Shown here piece by piece: positions 1-9,900 of a stretch of DNA of 55,233 bases (within the stretch, counting starts at the first letter, position 1; the number at the start of each line of letters is the position of its first letter). The notes beneath the pieces were generated by a model. The model was not told the origin of the DNA, searched no databases, and saw nothing but the letters and a program-made list of their open reading frames with translations. The stretch lies in the NCBI GenBank assembly GCA_011526285.1, contig WTJU01000021.1:1-55233 (forward strand). Direction: 5' to 3'. This DNA comes from Candidatus Arcticimaribacter sp. (GTDB lineage Bacteria > Bacteroidota > Bacteroidia > Flavobacteriales > Flavobacteriaceae). Position numbers and translations under genes: made by a program.

Positions 1-1
1 A

Positions 2-724
2 GAATTTGCAGCCCAACTAGACAATGACAACAACTATTGGGTTGATTTTGGACGGGATAACTATGCTGGCGTTACGTGGCAAAACAAAACCCTTGACAAT
101 GGAAATAAACTCTTTATTGGCTGGATGTCTAACTGGCAATACGCCAAAGTAGTCCCAACAGAAAAATGGCGCTCTGCTATGACTGTGGCACGTGAACTTT
201 CGCTCAAGCACAATGAGAAAGGCTATAGATTGTTCTCTAATATTACAACTCCAATTAATGAAATAGCAGGAAAAGAGACCCAACTGGAAACTCAAAATCT
301 AAGCGCAGAACACAAAACTATTTATGAAAGTCCAGCAGGATTGGGAGCCTTGAAATTATCCTTTGAATTAAACTTAGAAAAAGAACAATCGTTCGAATTT
401 CAGTTTAAAAATGACGTTGGAAATCATCTTGACATTGGTTTAGACTCCACCAATAATTATTTTTACATCGATCGAACTGCTTCTGGAGCTGTTGATTTTG
501 AAAAAGAATTTGGAACACGTGTAAGCATTGCTCCTCGCCTTGGGAATGAAAAAATTCTCAAAGGAGAACTAATCATTGACAAAACTTCAGTAGAAGTTTT
601 TTGGGACGGAGGTAGAACTGTTATGACCGATATCTTTTTTCCAATAGCACCCTACACACAAATTTCAGTTAAAGGAGACAATGAAATTCAATTCAAACAG
701 GGGAAAGTGACCCAACTCAAATAA
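2..724 (+). CDS. Glycoside hydrolase family 32 (levanase/beta-fructofuranosidase-like), 5'-truncated by the window edge
   Basis: The frame is open from position 2 and reads ...YWVDFGRDNYAGVTW...LFIGWMSNWQYA...WRSAMT..., then a GH32 C-terminal beta-sandwich (YIDRTASG, IIDKTSVEVF, MTDIFFP). The ORF-track start at 125 is internal. Confidence 0.9.
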   Translation, partial: EFAAQLDNDNNYWVDFGRDNYAGVTWQNKTLDNGNKLFIGWMSNWQYAKVVPTEKWRSAMTVARELSLKHNEKGYRLFSNITTPINEIAGKETQLETQNLSAEHKTIYESPAGLGALKLSFELNLEKEQSFEFQFKNDVGNHLDIGLDSTNNYFYIDRTASGAVDFEKEFGTRVSIAPRLGNEKILKGELIIDKTSVEVFWDGGRTVMTDIFFPIAPYTQISVKGDNEIQFKQGKVTQLK

Positions 725-727
725 TTC

Positions 728-1621
728 ATGGCTGGTAGTGTAATTTGTTTTGGAGAAGTCTTGTGGGATGTATTTCCCGATGGAGAAAAAATAGGGGGAG
801 CACCACTTAATGTTGCGCTGCGTTTAAACTCAATGGGGATAAATACCTCCATAGCTAGTAAAATTGGAAACGATGAACTCGGTAAACGACTGCTTGAATT
901 TGTTGATCAGCAAGGTTTAAAAAAAGACCTAATTCAAATCGACACCAAGCACGAAACGGGTCAGGTTATAGTTCAGCTCGATGAAAAAGGATCAGCTACC
1001 TACACCATTGCACATCCAGCTGCATGGGATAAGATTGAGTTCTCTCCCAGCATTTTTGAACAGGTAAAACAGTGTGAGGCTTTTCTTTTTGGTAGTTTAG
1101 TTGCACGTGATGAAGTTTCGAGAGCTACATTAAATCACTTACTAAACGAGGCTAAATACAAGGTTTTTGATGTAAATCTAAGAGCACCTCATTATTCAAT
1201 TCCTCTACTTGAAGCATTGATGAATACAGCAGACTTTATCAAATTTAACGATGACGAATTGGCTGAAATCACGCAAGCCTTAAACCATAATGAAGAGGAG
1301 ATTGAGCAACAAATTCGTTTCATTGCCGAACATACACAAACCAAAACAATTTGTGTGACTACGGGTAGCGATGGAGCACTCCTCTACCAGGAAGGAAAAC
1401 TCATCTCCCAACCCGGTTTCCCCATCAAAGTGAAAGACACCGTTGGAGCAGGAGATTCATTTTTAGCTACTTTACTCGCAGATCTCCTTCAACAGAAGCC
1501 AGCAAAAGAAGCTTTGGAAAGAGCTTGTGCCATGGGTGCAATGGTCGCAGCATCACAGGGTGCAAATCCTAAAATTGACGAAGTTGAGCTGCAGTCTTTT
1601 ATTAAAAAACATGCCTCCTAA
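728..1621 (+). CDS. PfkB-family carbohydrate kinase, probably fructokinase
   Basis: GEVLWD, GGAPLNVA, FDVNLR and the DTVGAGDSF PfkB signature; starts 3 bp after the GH32 stop. Confidence 0.9.
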   Translation: MAGSVICFGEVLWDVFPDGEKIGGAPLNVALRLNSMGINTSIASKIGNDELGKRLLEFVDQQGLKKDLIQIDTKHETGQVIVQLDEKGSATYTIAHPAAWDKIEFSPSIFEQVKQCEAFLFGSLVARDEVSRATLNHLLNEAKYKVFDVNLRAPHYSIPLLEALMNTADFIKFNDDELAEITQALNHNEEEIEQQIRFIAEHTQTKTICVTTGSDGALLYQEGKLISQPGFPIKVKDTVGAGDSFLATLLADLLQQKPAKEALERACAMGAMVAASQGANPKIDEVELQSFIKKHAS

Positions 1622-1629
1622 GAATTGGC

Positions 1630-1637
1630 TATCTTTG
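1630..1637 (+). promoter_or_regulatory. Bacteroidota primary-sigma -7 box (TATCTTTG) for the crotonase gene
   Basis: Exact TAnnTTTG match ending 9 bp before the GTG at 1647. Confidence 0.55.
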
Positions 1638-1646
1638 TAAACAAAA

Positions 1647-2465
1647 GTGTACACTTTCCTCCCTCCTTCCTGTAAAGAAATAACTAAAGAAAAAGAACTC
1701 CAGCAGTTTTTAAGTCCAGAAGGAATTTTATACCTGATCATGAACCGTTCTGAAGTTCAAAATGCCTTCAATGGAAAGCAAATAGAGAATATTCTAATTG
1801 CTTTAGAAGATGCCGAAGAAAATGATGGGGTTAACGTTATTGTGCTCACAGGGGCTGGTAAAAACTTTTCGGCAGGAGGCGATATTAATTACATGCGGTC
1901 TTTAGGGGAAAATAGTTTTGAGGAGAACAAAGCTGATGCGCTCCAAATGGCACTGTTAATGAACCGACTAAACGAATGTGAAAAACCGACCATTGCCCGA
2001 GTGAATGGTGCTGCTTTTGGAGGTGGTGTTGGTTTATTGTGCTGCTGTGATATGGCCTTTGGAACTGAAAACACTAAAATATGTTTAAGTGAAGTAAAAA
2101 TTGGGATGGTTCCTGCAACTATTGGCCCTTACATTGTTAAAGCAATAGGGCTTCGCAATGCCCATCGTTATATGCTCACTGCAGAAGTATTGAAAGGAAA
2201 AGAAGCAGTAGAAGCAAGCTTCCTGTCTGGTATATTCAATGAAGATCAGTTCGATCAAGCACTTATTGACGTATGTAAAAAAATAGCCAACAACGCTCCT
2301 AATGCATTGGCTACAACCAAAGCACTATTACTCAACATCGCCTATCAGCCTGTTGATGATAATTTGATTGACTACACCGCAGATGTAATTGCTACTGCAA
2401 GAGATTCTAAAGAAGGAAAAGAAGGATTATCTGCATTCTTGGAAAAGCGAAAGCCGAACTTTTAA
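1647..2465 (+). CDS. Enoyl-CoA hydratase/isomerase (crotonase) family, methylglutaconyl-CoA hydratase (LiuC)-like
   Basis: NRSEVQNAF, FSAGGD oxyanion motif, AFGGGVGLLCCCD, LSEVKIG and C-terminal EGKEGLSAFLEKRKP. Confidence 0.85.
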   Translation: MYTFLPPSCKEITKEKELQQFLSPEGILYLIMNRSEVQNAFNGKQIENILIALEDAEENDGVNVIVLTGAGKNFSAGGDINYMRSLGENSFEENKADALQMALLMNRLNECEKPTIARVNGAAFGGGVGLLCCCDMAFGTENTKICLSEVKIGMVPATIGPYIVKAIGLRNAHRYMLTAEVLKGKEAVEASFLSGIFNEDQFDQALIDVCKKIANNAPNALATTKALLLNIAYQPVDDNLIDYTADVIATARDSKEGKEGLSAFLEKRKPNF

Positions 2466-2502
2466 TCAGTTGATTTTTAGAATATTATTTAAATAGCTAT
2501 TT

Positions 2503-2518
2503 TGGTCTAGTATTTGCA
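2503..2518 (+). promoter_or_regulatory. Candidate sigma54 (-24/-12) promoter
   Basis: TGGTCTAGTATTTGCA has GG(2504-2505)-N10-GC(2516-2517) spacing and ends about 30 bp upstream of the ATG at 2548. Confidence 0.45.
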
Positions 2519-2547
2519 TAAGCAATACCACTATAAATTATTTAAAT

Positions 2548-3795
2548 ATGAGTTATTTCAAAAAAATCTCCCTTCTTCTTTTGGGAGTTATCGTCATCAG
2601 TTGTTCAAATGATGATGTTACAAACGATTTACAGGATCAAATTAATGAACTTGAGGCTACAATTGAGACCTTGCAAGGAACCATTACAACACTTCAAAGT
2701 AGTCTTCAAGCGGCAACCAGTACAACCAATTCTTTGTCGGGCGATTTAGATGAAGCCGAAACTGCTTTAGCAGCTGCTCAAGCAGCATTAAATACAGCAC
2801 GCGGACTTGTGGATGAAGCAACAACAGATATCGAGGCACTACAAGCAGCCTTAGCTTTTGTAAACAATGCCCTCGCGGGTATCGATTATAGTGCTACGGT
2901 AAGCCTTGGTGCTACAGGAAGTGTTGCCTCACAAACACCTGCGCAAGCGAGACAGACCATTTACGGTAGATGGAATATAGGAGCCGCCTCAGCGAAAAAC
3001 TTCCAAACAAACAGAGGAGCTTGTTCTTTTGATTTTATTGAATTCATGGACGACTCTTATATTTTATCCATTAACCTTCCAGAAGACGGAGAAACAGGAC
3101 GTTTATTTGGCGAATATGTTTTAAATGAAGACAGTGACGGAGAAGTTGAAAGTGTTGATTTGATGTTTGATCTTGGAGCAAGCTCAATTCGCGTAGCGCG
3201 TTTAACCAATATTGTTGTTACTGAAAGTGCTGATGTATTAAATGCATCTTTTGATGTTGAATTAACATTACCAGAAGCATTAGAGGTGTGTCAAGCATCC
3301 CTACCTGGAAGTGTAACAGCACCAAAAGAAGAGCCTGTTGAAGAAGCAGAATCTGCTACTGCAATTAGTAATCATGCAAAATTGATTGGCGAATGGAGCG
3401 TTGTTGGTCTAGACACCTCTGATGGAGGAACCCTTGAAACAATCTTTGCTAACTTTTGTACAGATTATGATGAAGCTGGACAACCCGTTCAAATTGAGGG
3501 CTGTGTTACCCCTGCAAGTGGTATTGTAAATTTCTCAAACTTCGGTACTTACTCTTTAACCTTACTTGCTGGAAATGGTAACCCAATTAGTGTTGAAATA
3601 GAAGACTGGACGTGGGACAATGATCAAACAGTACTTGTTTTAGAATATGATGGTGGTTCTGACCGCTATGATCTAGTTGAAATTAGTGAAACTAGACTAC
3701 AGTTTAGAGGAACGTATTTTGATATGTATGTAGACGAGGCTGGAGAAACACAGGAAGTTCAAATTACAGAAACCATAACTTGTGTTCGTCAATAA
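2548..3795 (+). CDS. Hypothetical acidic lipoprotein: N-terminal coiled coil plus two lipocalin-like beta domains
   Basis: Lipobox-like VIVISC followed by SNDD; heptad region at about aa 24-111; two GxW strand starts (IYGRWNI, LIGEWSV); ends ITETITCVRQ. Confidence 0.7.
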   Translation: MSYFKKISLLLLGVIVISCSNDDVTNDLQDQINELEATIETLQGTITTLQSSLQAATSTTNSLSGDLDEAETALAAAQAALNTARGLVDEATTDIEALQAALAFVNNALAGIDYSATVSLGATGSVASQTPAQARQTIYGRWNIGAASAKNFQTNRGACSFDFIEFMDDSYILSINLPEDGETGRLFGEYVLNEDSDGEVESVDLMFDLGASSIRVARLTNIVVTESADVLNASFDVELTLPEALEVCQASLPGSVTAPKEEPVEEAESATAISNHAKLIGEWSVVGLDTSDGGTLETIFANFCTDYDEAGQPVQIEGCVTPASGIVNFSNFGTYSLTLLAGNGNPISVEIEDWTWDNDQTVLVLEYDGGSDRYDLVEISETRLQFRGTYFDMYVDEAGETQEVQITETITCVRQ

Positions 3796-3817
3796 TTTTA
3801 TTTGACGCGTAAGAAAT

Positions 3818-3852
3818 AAAAAAGGCCTTGTCCAAAGACAAGGCCTTTTTTT
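3818..3852. terminator. Bidirectional intrinsic terminator between the lipoprotein gene and tRNA-Leu
   Basis: AAAAAAGGCCTTGTC-CAAA-GACAAGGCCTTTTTTT is a perfect stem with an A tract on the left and a T tract on the right. Confidence 0.9.
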
Positions 3853-3853
3853 G

Positions 3854-3935
3854 TACCTCGGGTGGGAATCGAACCCACACTCCCGAAAGAACTGGATTTT
3901 GAATCCAGCGCGTCTACCAGTTCCGCCACCGAGGC
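3854..3935 (-). tRNA. tRNA-Leu(CAA)
   Basis: The reverse complement reads GCCTCGG-TGGCGGAACTGGTAGACGCG-CTGGA-TTCAAAA-TCCAG, a long variable arm, then GTGGG-TTCGATT-CCCAC-CCGAGGT-A. Anticodon CAA; CCA not encoded. Confidence 0.97.
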
Positions 3936-3947
3936 ATAAACGGACGA

Positions 3948-3955
3948 CAAAAATA
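3948..3955 (-). promoter_or_regulatory. -7 box (TATTTTTG) for tRNA-Leu
   Basis: TAnnTTTG match on the minus strand 12 bp upstream of the tRNA 5' end. Confidence 0.55.
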
Positions 3956-4018
3956 AACAAATAATTTTCTCGCAATAGAATTTCTATAAAATTAAGTTCG
4001 CGAAGGCAAATAAATCTT

Positions 4019-4026
4019 TACATTTG
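4019..4026 (+). promoter_or_regulatory. -7 box (TACATTTG) for prs-rplY
   Basis: TAnnTTTG match upstream of prs, divergent from the tRNA promoter. Confidence 0.55.
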
Positions 4027-4066
4027 CATTCCTTAATTGAAAGAAAATAAAACGATTAGGAAAAAA

Positions 4067-4996
4067 ATGACCGAAGCGAAAATTTTTAGCTGTACACAAA
4101 GCGAAGATCTCGCACGACGAATCGCAGAAAACTTTGGCATACCTATGGGTAATGTCTCTTTTTCGCGTTACAGCGACGGAGAGTTTCAACCCTCTTTTGA
4201 AGAATCTGTTCGTGGGTCACGCGTTTTCATCATTGGTTCTACTCATCCTAGTTCAGACAACCTAATGGAAATGCTACTGATGTTAGATGCCGCTAAGCGA
4301 GCGTCTGCACGTCATATTACTGCTGTAATGCCCTACTTTGGCTGGGCTCGGCAAGACAGAAAAGATAAACCTCGTGTTCCCATTGGTGCTAAAATGATTG
4401 CAAAAATCTTAGAGACAGCTGGAGCAACGCGCATCATCACCATGGACTTACACGCAGACCAAATCCAAGGGTTTTTTGAAAAACCTGTTGATCATTTGTT
4501 TGCCTCTACCATTTTTGTCCCTTACATCCAAGAATTAAATCTTGATAACCTCACCATTGCCTCACCAGACATGGGAGGGTCTAAACGTGCCTATGCATAC
4601 TCTAAGTTTTTGAAAAGCGATGTTGTGATTTGCTACAAACAACGCCAGAAAGCAAATGTAATTTCGCACATGGAACTCATTGGTGATGTTCAAGGCAAAA
4701 ATGTAATTCTAGTAGATGATATGGTTGATACTGCTGGAACACTCACAAAAGCGGCTGAATTAATGATGGAACGCGGTGCTAAGTCTGTACGTGCGGTTTG
4801 TACGCACGGAATTCTATCAGGCAATGCCCATGAGCGTATTGAAAATTCTATGCTTGAAGAATTAATCATTACAGACAGTATTCCTTCGAAAAAAGAAAGT
4901 CCTAAAATCAAGATTTTGAGTTGCGCAGAACTTTTTGGTTCTACCATGAAGAGCGTTCACTCCAACAAATCTATTCACGAAAATTTTATTAATTAA
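4067..4996 (+). CDS. prs: Ribose-phosphate pyrophosphokinase
   Basis: [27 protein letters not shown] and [14 protein letters not shown]-binding loop. ATG 4067 is preferred over TTG 4037. Confidence 0.97.
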   Translation: MTEAKIFSCTQSEDLARRIAENFGIPMGNVSFSRYSDGEFQPSFEESVRGSRVFIIGSTHPSSDNLMEMLLMLDAAKRASARHITAVMPYFGWARQDRKDKPRVPIGAKMIAKILETAGATRIITMDLHADQIQGFFEKPVDHLFASTIFVPYIQELNLDNLTIASPDMGGSKRAYAYSKFLKSDVVICYKQRQKANVISHMELIGDVQGKNVILVDDMVDTAGTLTKAAELMMERGAKSVRAVCTHGILSGNAHERIENSMLEELIITDSIPSKKESPKIKILSCAELFGSTMKSVHSNKSIHENFIN

Positions 4997-5001
4997 TATA
5001 T

Positions 5002-5619
5002 ATGAAATCTATCACAATTAACGGATCTAAAAGAGAAAGCGTAGGCAAAAAGTCAACAAAAGCCTTACGTAATGCTGACATGGTTCCCTGTGTTTTGTAT
5101 GGTGAAAAAGAACCCATGCACTTCGCAGCGAAAGAACTTGATTTCAGCAAATTGGTGTACACACCCAATGCCCACACAGTGGTTATTAAAACTGAAGACG
5201 GAGAATTTAACGCTGTACTTCAAGACATTCAATTTCACCCAGTAAGCGACCGCATTTTGCACGTTGATTTTTATGAATTGAATGAGGCAAAAGAAATTTC
5301 AATGAATATTCCTGTAGTCATTGAAGGTGCAGCACCTGGTGTACTGAACAGCGGTGGTACACTAATCTTAAACAAACGCAAACTTAGAGTTCGCGCATTA
5401 CCCAAAAATCTTCCTGACTTTATCACTGCCGATATCTCAGGTTTAGAACTCGGCAACAAACTATACACTGCTCAATTACAGGCAGAAGACTATAGTTTTC
5501 TTCACCCTGATAATACAGTAGTTTGTCAAGTGAAAACTTCTCGTGCTTCGATTAAAAATGCTCAAGAAGATGATTCACAAGGCGAAGGTGAAGCAGTAGA
5601 AGAAGAAGCGGCTGAATAA
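5002..5619 (+). CDS. rplY: 50S ribosomal protein L25 / general stress protein Ctc
   Basis: [21 protein letters not shown] and an acidic tail; canonical prs-rplY-pth order. Confidence 0.96.
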   Translation: MKSITINGSKRESVGKKSTKALRNADMVPCVLYGEKEPMHFAAKELDFSKLVYTPNAHTVVIKTEDGEFNAVLQDIQFHPVSDRILHVDFYELNEAKEISMNIPVVIEGAAPGVLNSGGTLILNKRKLRVRALPKNLPDFITADISGLELGNKLYTAQLQAEDYSFLHPDNTVVCQVKTSRASIKNAQEDDSQGEGEAVEEEAAE

Positions 5620-5643
5620 TCATTCCCGCCTAACACATAATAG

Positions 5644-5676
5644 AGCAGCTGTGGCATACCCCAGCTGCTTTTTTTA
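5644..5676 (+). terminator. Intrinsic terminator after rplY
   Basis: AGCAGCTG...CAGCTGCT stem followed by a T run. Confidence 0.75.
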
Positions 5677-5685
5677 TTTTTACAC

Positions 5686-6306
5686 ATGAAATGGTTTTTT
5701 TCTTGGTGGAATAGTCAAAAAAACAGCAACTCAAAAGCGTTGAAAAAATATTTAATCGTTGGTTTAGGGAACATTGGAAGCGAGTATGATCGCACGCGTC
5801 ATAACATTGGTTTTGATGCGTTAAATGCTATGGCCAAAGACAAAGAACTCACGTTTGAGGAAGGCCGTTATGGCGCAATGACCAAACTTAAATTTAAAGG
5901 TCGCTTACTCCTACTTCATAAACCATCAACCTATATGAACAATAGCGGGAAAGCAGTTCGTTATTGGGCCAACAAAGAAAATATCCCCTTTGAAAATATT
6001 TTAATCATCACCGATGATTTAAATCTACCTTTTGGAACCTTGCGCCTAAAAACCAAAGGCAGTGATGGAGGCCACAATGGGCTTAAAGACATTCAAGCAC
6101 AGCTTAACACCGTACAATATCCACGCTTGCGTTTTGGCATTCATTCAGAGCAAAAAAACCCAAATACTGTCGATTTTGTTTTGGGGAAATGGACCAATGA
6201 GGAAGAAAAACTTTTACCTGAACGCTACAATAAAATTGGTGACTTAATCCTATCGTTTGTTACACAAGGTGCGCAAATCACCATGAATCAATTTAACGGC
6301 AAGTGA
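5686..6306 (+). CDS. pth: Peptidyl-tRNA hydrolase
   Basis: LIVGLGNIG, TRHNIGF, TYMNNSG and GGHNGLK motifs. Confidence 0.97.
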   Translation: MKWFFSWWNSQKNSNSKALKKYLIVGLGNIGSEYDRTRHNIGFDALNAMAKDKELTFEEGRYGAMTKLKFKGRLLLLHKPSTYMNNSGKAVRYWANKENIPFENILIITDDLNLPFGTLRLKTKGSDGGHNGLKDIQAQLNTVQYPRLRFGIHSEQKNPNTVDFVLGKWTNEEEKLLPERYNKIGDLILSFVTQGAQITMNQFNGK

Positions 6307-6310
6307 ATCG

Positions 6311-6988
6311 TTAAGGGGCTGTTTGAAAGTAAAAAATGAGAGAAGAAGATTGATTTTCTTCGCTATCTGTAGTGATTACTTGCCAATAGTATTGATTCCC
6401 TCCTGCAAGGGAAGTAGAATAATTAACCCCGGTTAAACCGGTAGCAACTTCTTCTAGTGTATCTTCAGAAGCGCCTATCAACAGGGTGTAGGAAGAAATA
6501 TCATTGTCTAAATCTGCACCCTCCCAGTTAAAGTTTACACTTCCATTATTCAATTGAACGACTGCATCTTGTTCTGGTGCTATTAATTTTGCTGGAAACG
6601 GCAGGTGAGAATATTGCTGTTGTGCTTCTAAAAAGAAATAACGTGTTTCGCTTTCACTTTCTTCTGCGCTAGCTTCAGAACGACTAACAACTTTCCATCC
6701 ATAAATTTGACCGCGGTCTAATGTTAATCTTAGGGAGGTGTTTTCAGTTGGAGTAGCTGTTTCTATCCCTGAGGTTTCGTTTCTAACTTTCAAAAGATAG
6801 TCATCGGTATTCAATGCTTCTTGCCATGAAAATACAACATTGGCAGTCGCAGTACTTAATGGAACATAGAGGCAGCTAACACTAGCTTCTGGAGAAATTA
6901 AAACCGCTGGATCTGGCGCTGGAATAGGATCTTTACACCCAATAATAAGCAATGATGCAATAAAAAGTAAATCGTTTATTCGCTTCAT
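6311..6988 (-). CDS. Lipoprotein with two fibronectin type III-like domains
   Basis: Lipobox LIIGC; two repeats of the form A-x-LI-x-P ... F-x-W ... Y-x-W-x-V; 4-bp ATGA overlap with the upstream protease gene. Confidence 0.7.
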   Translation of the reverse strand: MKRINDLLFIASLLIIGCKDPIPAPDPAVLISPEASVSCLYVPLSTATANVVFSWQEALNTDDYLLKVRNETSGIETATPTENTSLRLTLDRGQIYGWKVVSRSEASAEESESETRYFFLEAQQQYSHLPFPAKLIAPEQDAVVQLNNGSVNFNWEGADLDNDISSYTLLIGASEDTLEEVATGLTGVNYSTSLAGGNQYYWQVITTDSEENQSSSLIFYFQTAP

Positions 6989-9900
6989 TGTTTTATGAAT
7001 TTAAGGGTTTCTAACTGTTGTTTTGTTTCTAGATGAACAATATAATTTCCTGGTGGGAAATGCCCAACATCTAGCGAAATTCCTCTATCATAAGGATCTA
7101 CTTGGTACTCGCCAGCGTAAATTTTGTTTCCTTTAACATCATAAACTGATAGCTGGACTTGCGACTCTTGCCCCCCAATTAAAAGTTGTAGCGCATCGCT
7201 AACAGGATTGGGATAGAGAAGTGATGCATCATTAAAATAAATTCGTTCATCATAACTTCCTTGACAACTTAACGGTGTTTTAACCAAAACAATGGTTAAT
7301 CCATCTTGTAGTGGAAGTGTTTTTTGTGTCGCTTTTGATAGGCTAAAGTGTTGGTCGTTTAGCGTAATTTCATAGGTGTCACTTCCAAATAAATCTAGGG
7401 TAATGGTTTTTGCTTCAAGGTTGATTTTACTTGTTACTTGCAACGAAAGTGGTTCGCGAATTGTTGTTGCAAAACACTGCTCAAAAGCAGGAACATCATC
7501 ACTTGTAATGCATAGAAGATAGTCTGAAGCACCCAAGTCATTTATGGATAAACGCCCATTATTCATGTTGAATTGTTGGTTATAACCATTTGTTGAAGTT
7601 ACCTCAACAGTGTAATTAAAAAGTGCTGTGGCTTCTAGTTCAATACTACCGTTATTCTCACTCGCACACGTCTCATCACGCTTTGAAATACTAAAGTTAC
7701 GTTGGGCATCTATATCACATAGGTCCCCTACTCCATCGCCATCTGTATCTAGTTGATCTTCATTGGTAACAAATGGACAATTATCTTCATCGTTTGGATA
7801 TAAATCATTGTCATCGTTTTGAGCGACTTGTCCGTTAAAACAGATGTCTAATTCAACCGAGTTTATGGTTCCAGTATCTTGTGCCGCGTTGTCATTAACC
7901 CTTAATTGCCATGTTCCTCTACCTGCTGTTCCATAAAGCACAGATAGATTTTCTAAAGGACGAAAAGTACCACTAAATGGGGCACTCCCTGATTGTATCG
8001 AGGCAGTAGCTTCACTGTCAAAAACAGTAGCTGTAAAGTCATTGTCATTGCCTCCTTGGTTTCTAATAAGTATAACTTCCTCTCCCCCAGGAGCGACTAA
8101 TGTCAGCGTGAGATCATCCACATAGGTATGTGTGATATTAACCCGAACATTAATATCAGTAATGAACAAATCATCTGCCACCAATATTGTTGCAATGGTG
8201 TTTCTAGAAGCTGTTTGGGTGGCGTCTTGTATGTTTCTAGGAACATTATTGGCTGCGTAAGTTGAGCAGGTCAATAGGTCTGTACTAAACTGAAAGATTG
8301 CGCTATATGCACTCTCTCCACATACATTTATAGACTTTACGCGCCAATAATAGGTGGTCTCTCCACTCAATTGATCAATATCGATAAAAGAAACCGCGGT
8401 CACAACATCTTCTATGAGACTTGAAAAATCTTCCGAATTACTTAATTGAACTCGGTATTCTTCTGCCTCGCTCATAGCAGCCCAATTTAAACGAAGACTC
8501 GTGGGCTGTGCTTCTGCTTCATCTGTAGGAGTATTTAGTGTAGGTGCAGAAATCGCTGTAGGGTATAATCGCACAAAAAACTGTTGCGCTTCTACTGTAC
8601 TCCCCGAACTCCCTACCAAAGTAAGTGTGTAGGTTCCTGATGTTTCTCCGTTGGTTAAAATATCAATTGTTCCAGTAGCATTGTTTGTATCCAAACTCAA
8701 TGGATTGATTGTTGCTGTAACTCCACTAGGCAGTCCATTTACAGTGAATTGAACGGGCGAAGAAAACCCATCATATTGGAGAAGCTGGAAGGAAAATGTG
8801 GCTGAACTTTGTCCACAGATTTCTTTTTCAACTTCTGTAAATGGCATGGCAAATGGTCGCGTTGCGACTGAGAAGTTGGCGCTATTTACAGCGTAGTAGA
8901 GATTATCTACAGGTTCAATTTTAAGGCGAGCTTGACTGGTATTGATATTTCCCGGAACTACGATAGATGCTTTGCCATTATTTGGAACATTCGCTGCTAG
9001 AGTAGTTGTGAATGTTTGACCAGCGTCTGTAGAAAGTAAAATATTTACATGACTTGTGCTAATGGGTGCAAAATTAGTATTGGCAACATCCCAACGAATC
9101 ATTTCATTACCTCCCGCCAACCATTGGGTTGATGCCTGAGACTGAGAGGTTAAAACAAAAGGACCTGCATTTTCTACCACTTGAAGTAGGATCTCATCTT
9201 GGGCTGTAAAACCTACTCCGTTCGGATTATTTTGATCGCGATCGCGCACTGTAATTCCCCAACGTAGTGTTCTCCCAACATTACTAACCGTTTCCCATGG
9301 GGAACCGAGGTATGGATTGATTTCTGTGAGTTGATCATTCAAAACAGAAATTGAATTGGGAATGTTTCGTGTGGGAAGAGATACCGGGAGTAAAGATCGA
9401 TTCATGCTTCCTGTTAATTGGTTAGGACCAAAATCTGAGGCTAAAACTCGGCCAGAATCTAATTGTTCCCAACAATAGGTCAGTGCATCGCCATCAGCAT
9501 CATTTGCAACTGCTGTAAGGTAATACGCAGTTCCTTTGGGAATCGCGCGATCTTCACCAGCTGTAACTGTGGGGATTTGGTTGCTACTGAGTGTTGCTAC
9601 TTGGCATGCCTGGTTTGCTAAATAGTTTTGTATGTTTTGTATGCTATGATAGTGAAAATAAGGATCGCTATGACGTTGCATATTTTGCCCTCCCACAATT
9701 CCAGCATAGGACATTATGGTTGAACCACTCCCAGGTTCACTATTAACATTAAAGGGTTCGGTACTGTGAGAAAAAGTATGCAAAGCCCCTAATTGATGTC
9801 CAACTTCGTGAATCACATAATCGATATCAAAATAATCGGTTAAAAAAGCACCCCCGCTTCCATTTGTTGCAGTAAATGGGTGGGAAGAAAAAGCGCTTCC

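Noticed and set aside
3697-3975. 92-aa minus-strand ORF
   Set aside because: It is a translation across tRNA-Leu and the terminator, not a plausible protein.
5686-5745. Trp/Phe-rich N-terminal extension on Pth
   Set aside because: From recollection, similar short extensions are common in flavobacterial Pth, and an alternative TTG start at 5740 cannot be excluded.
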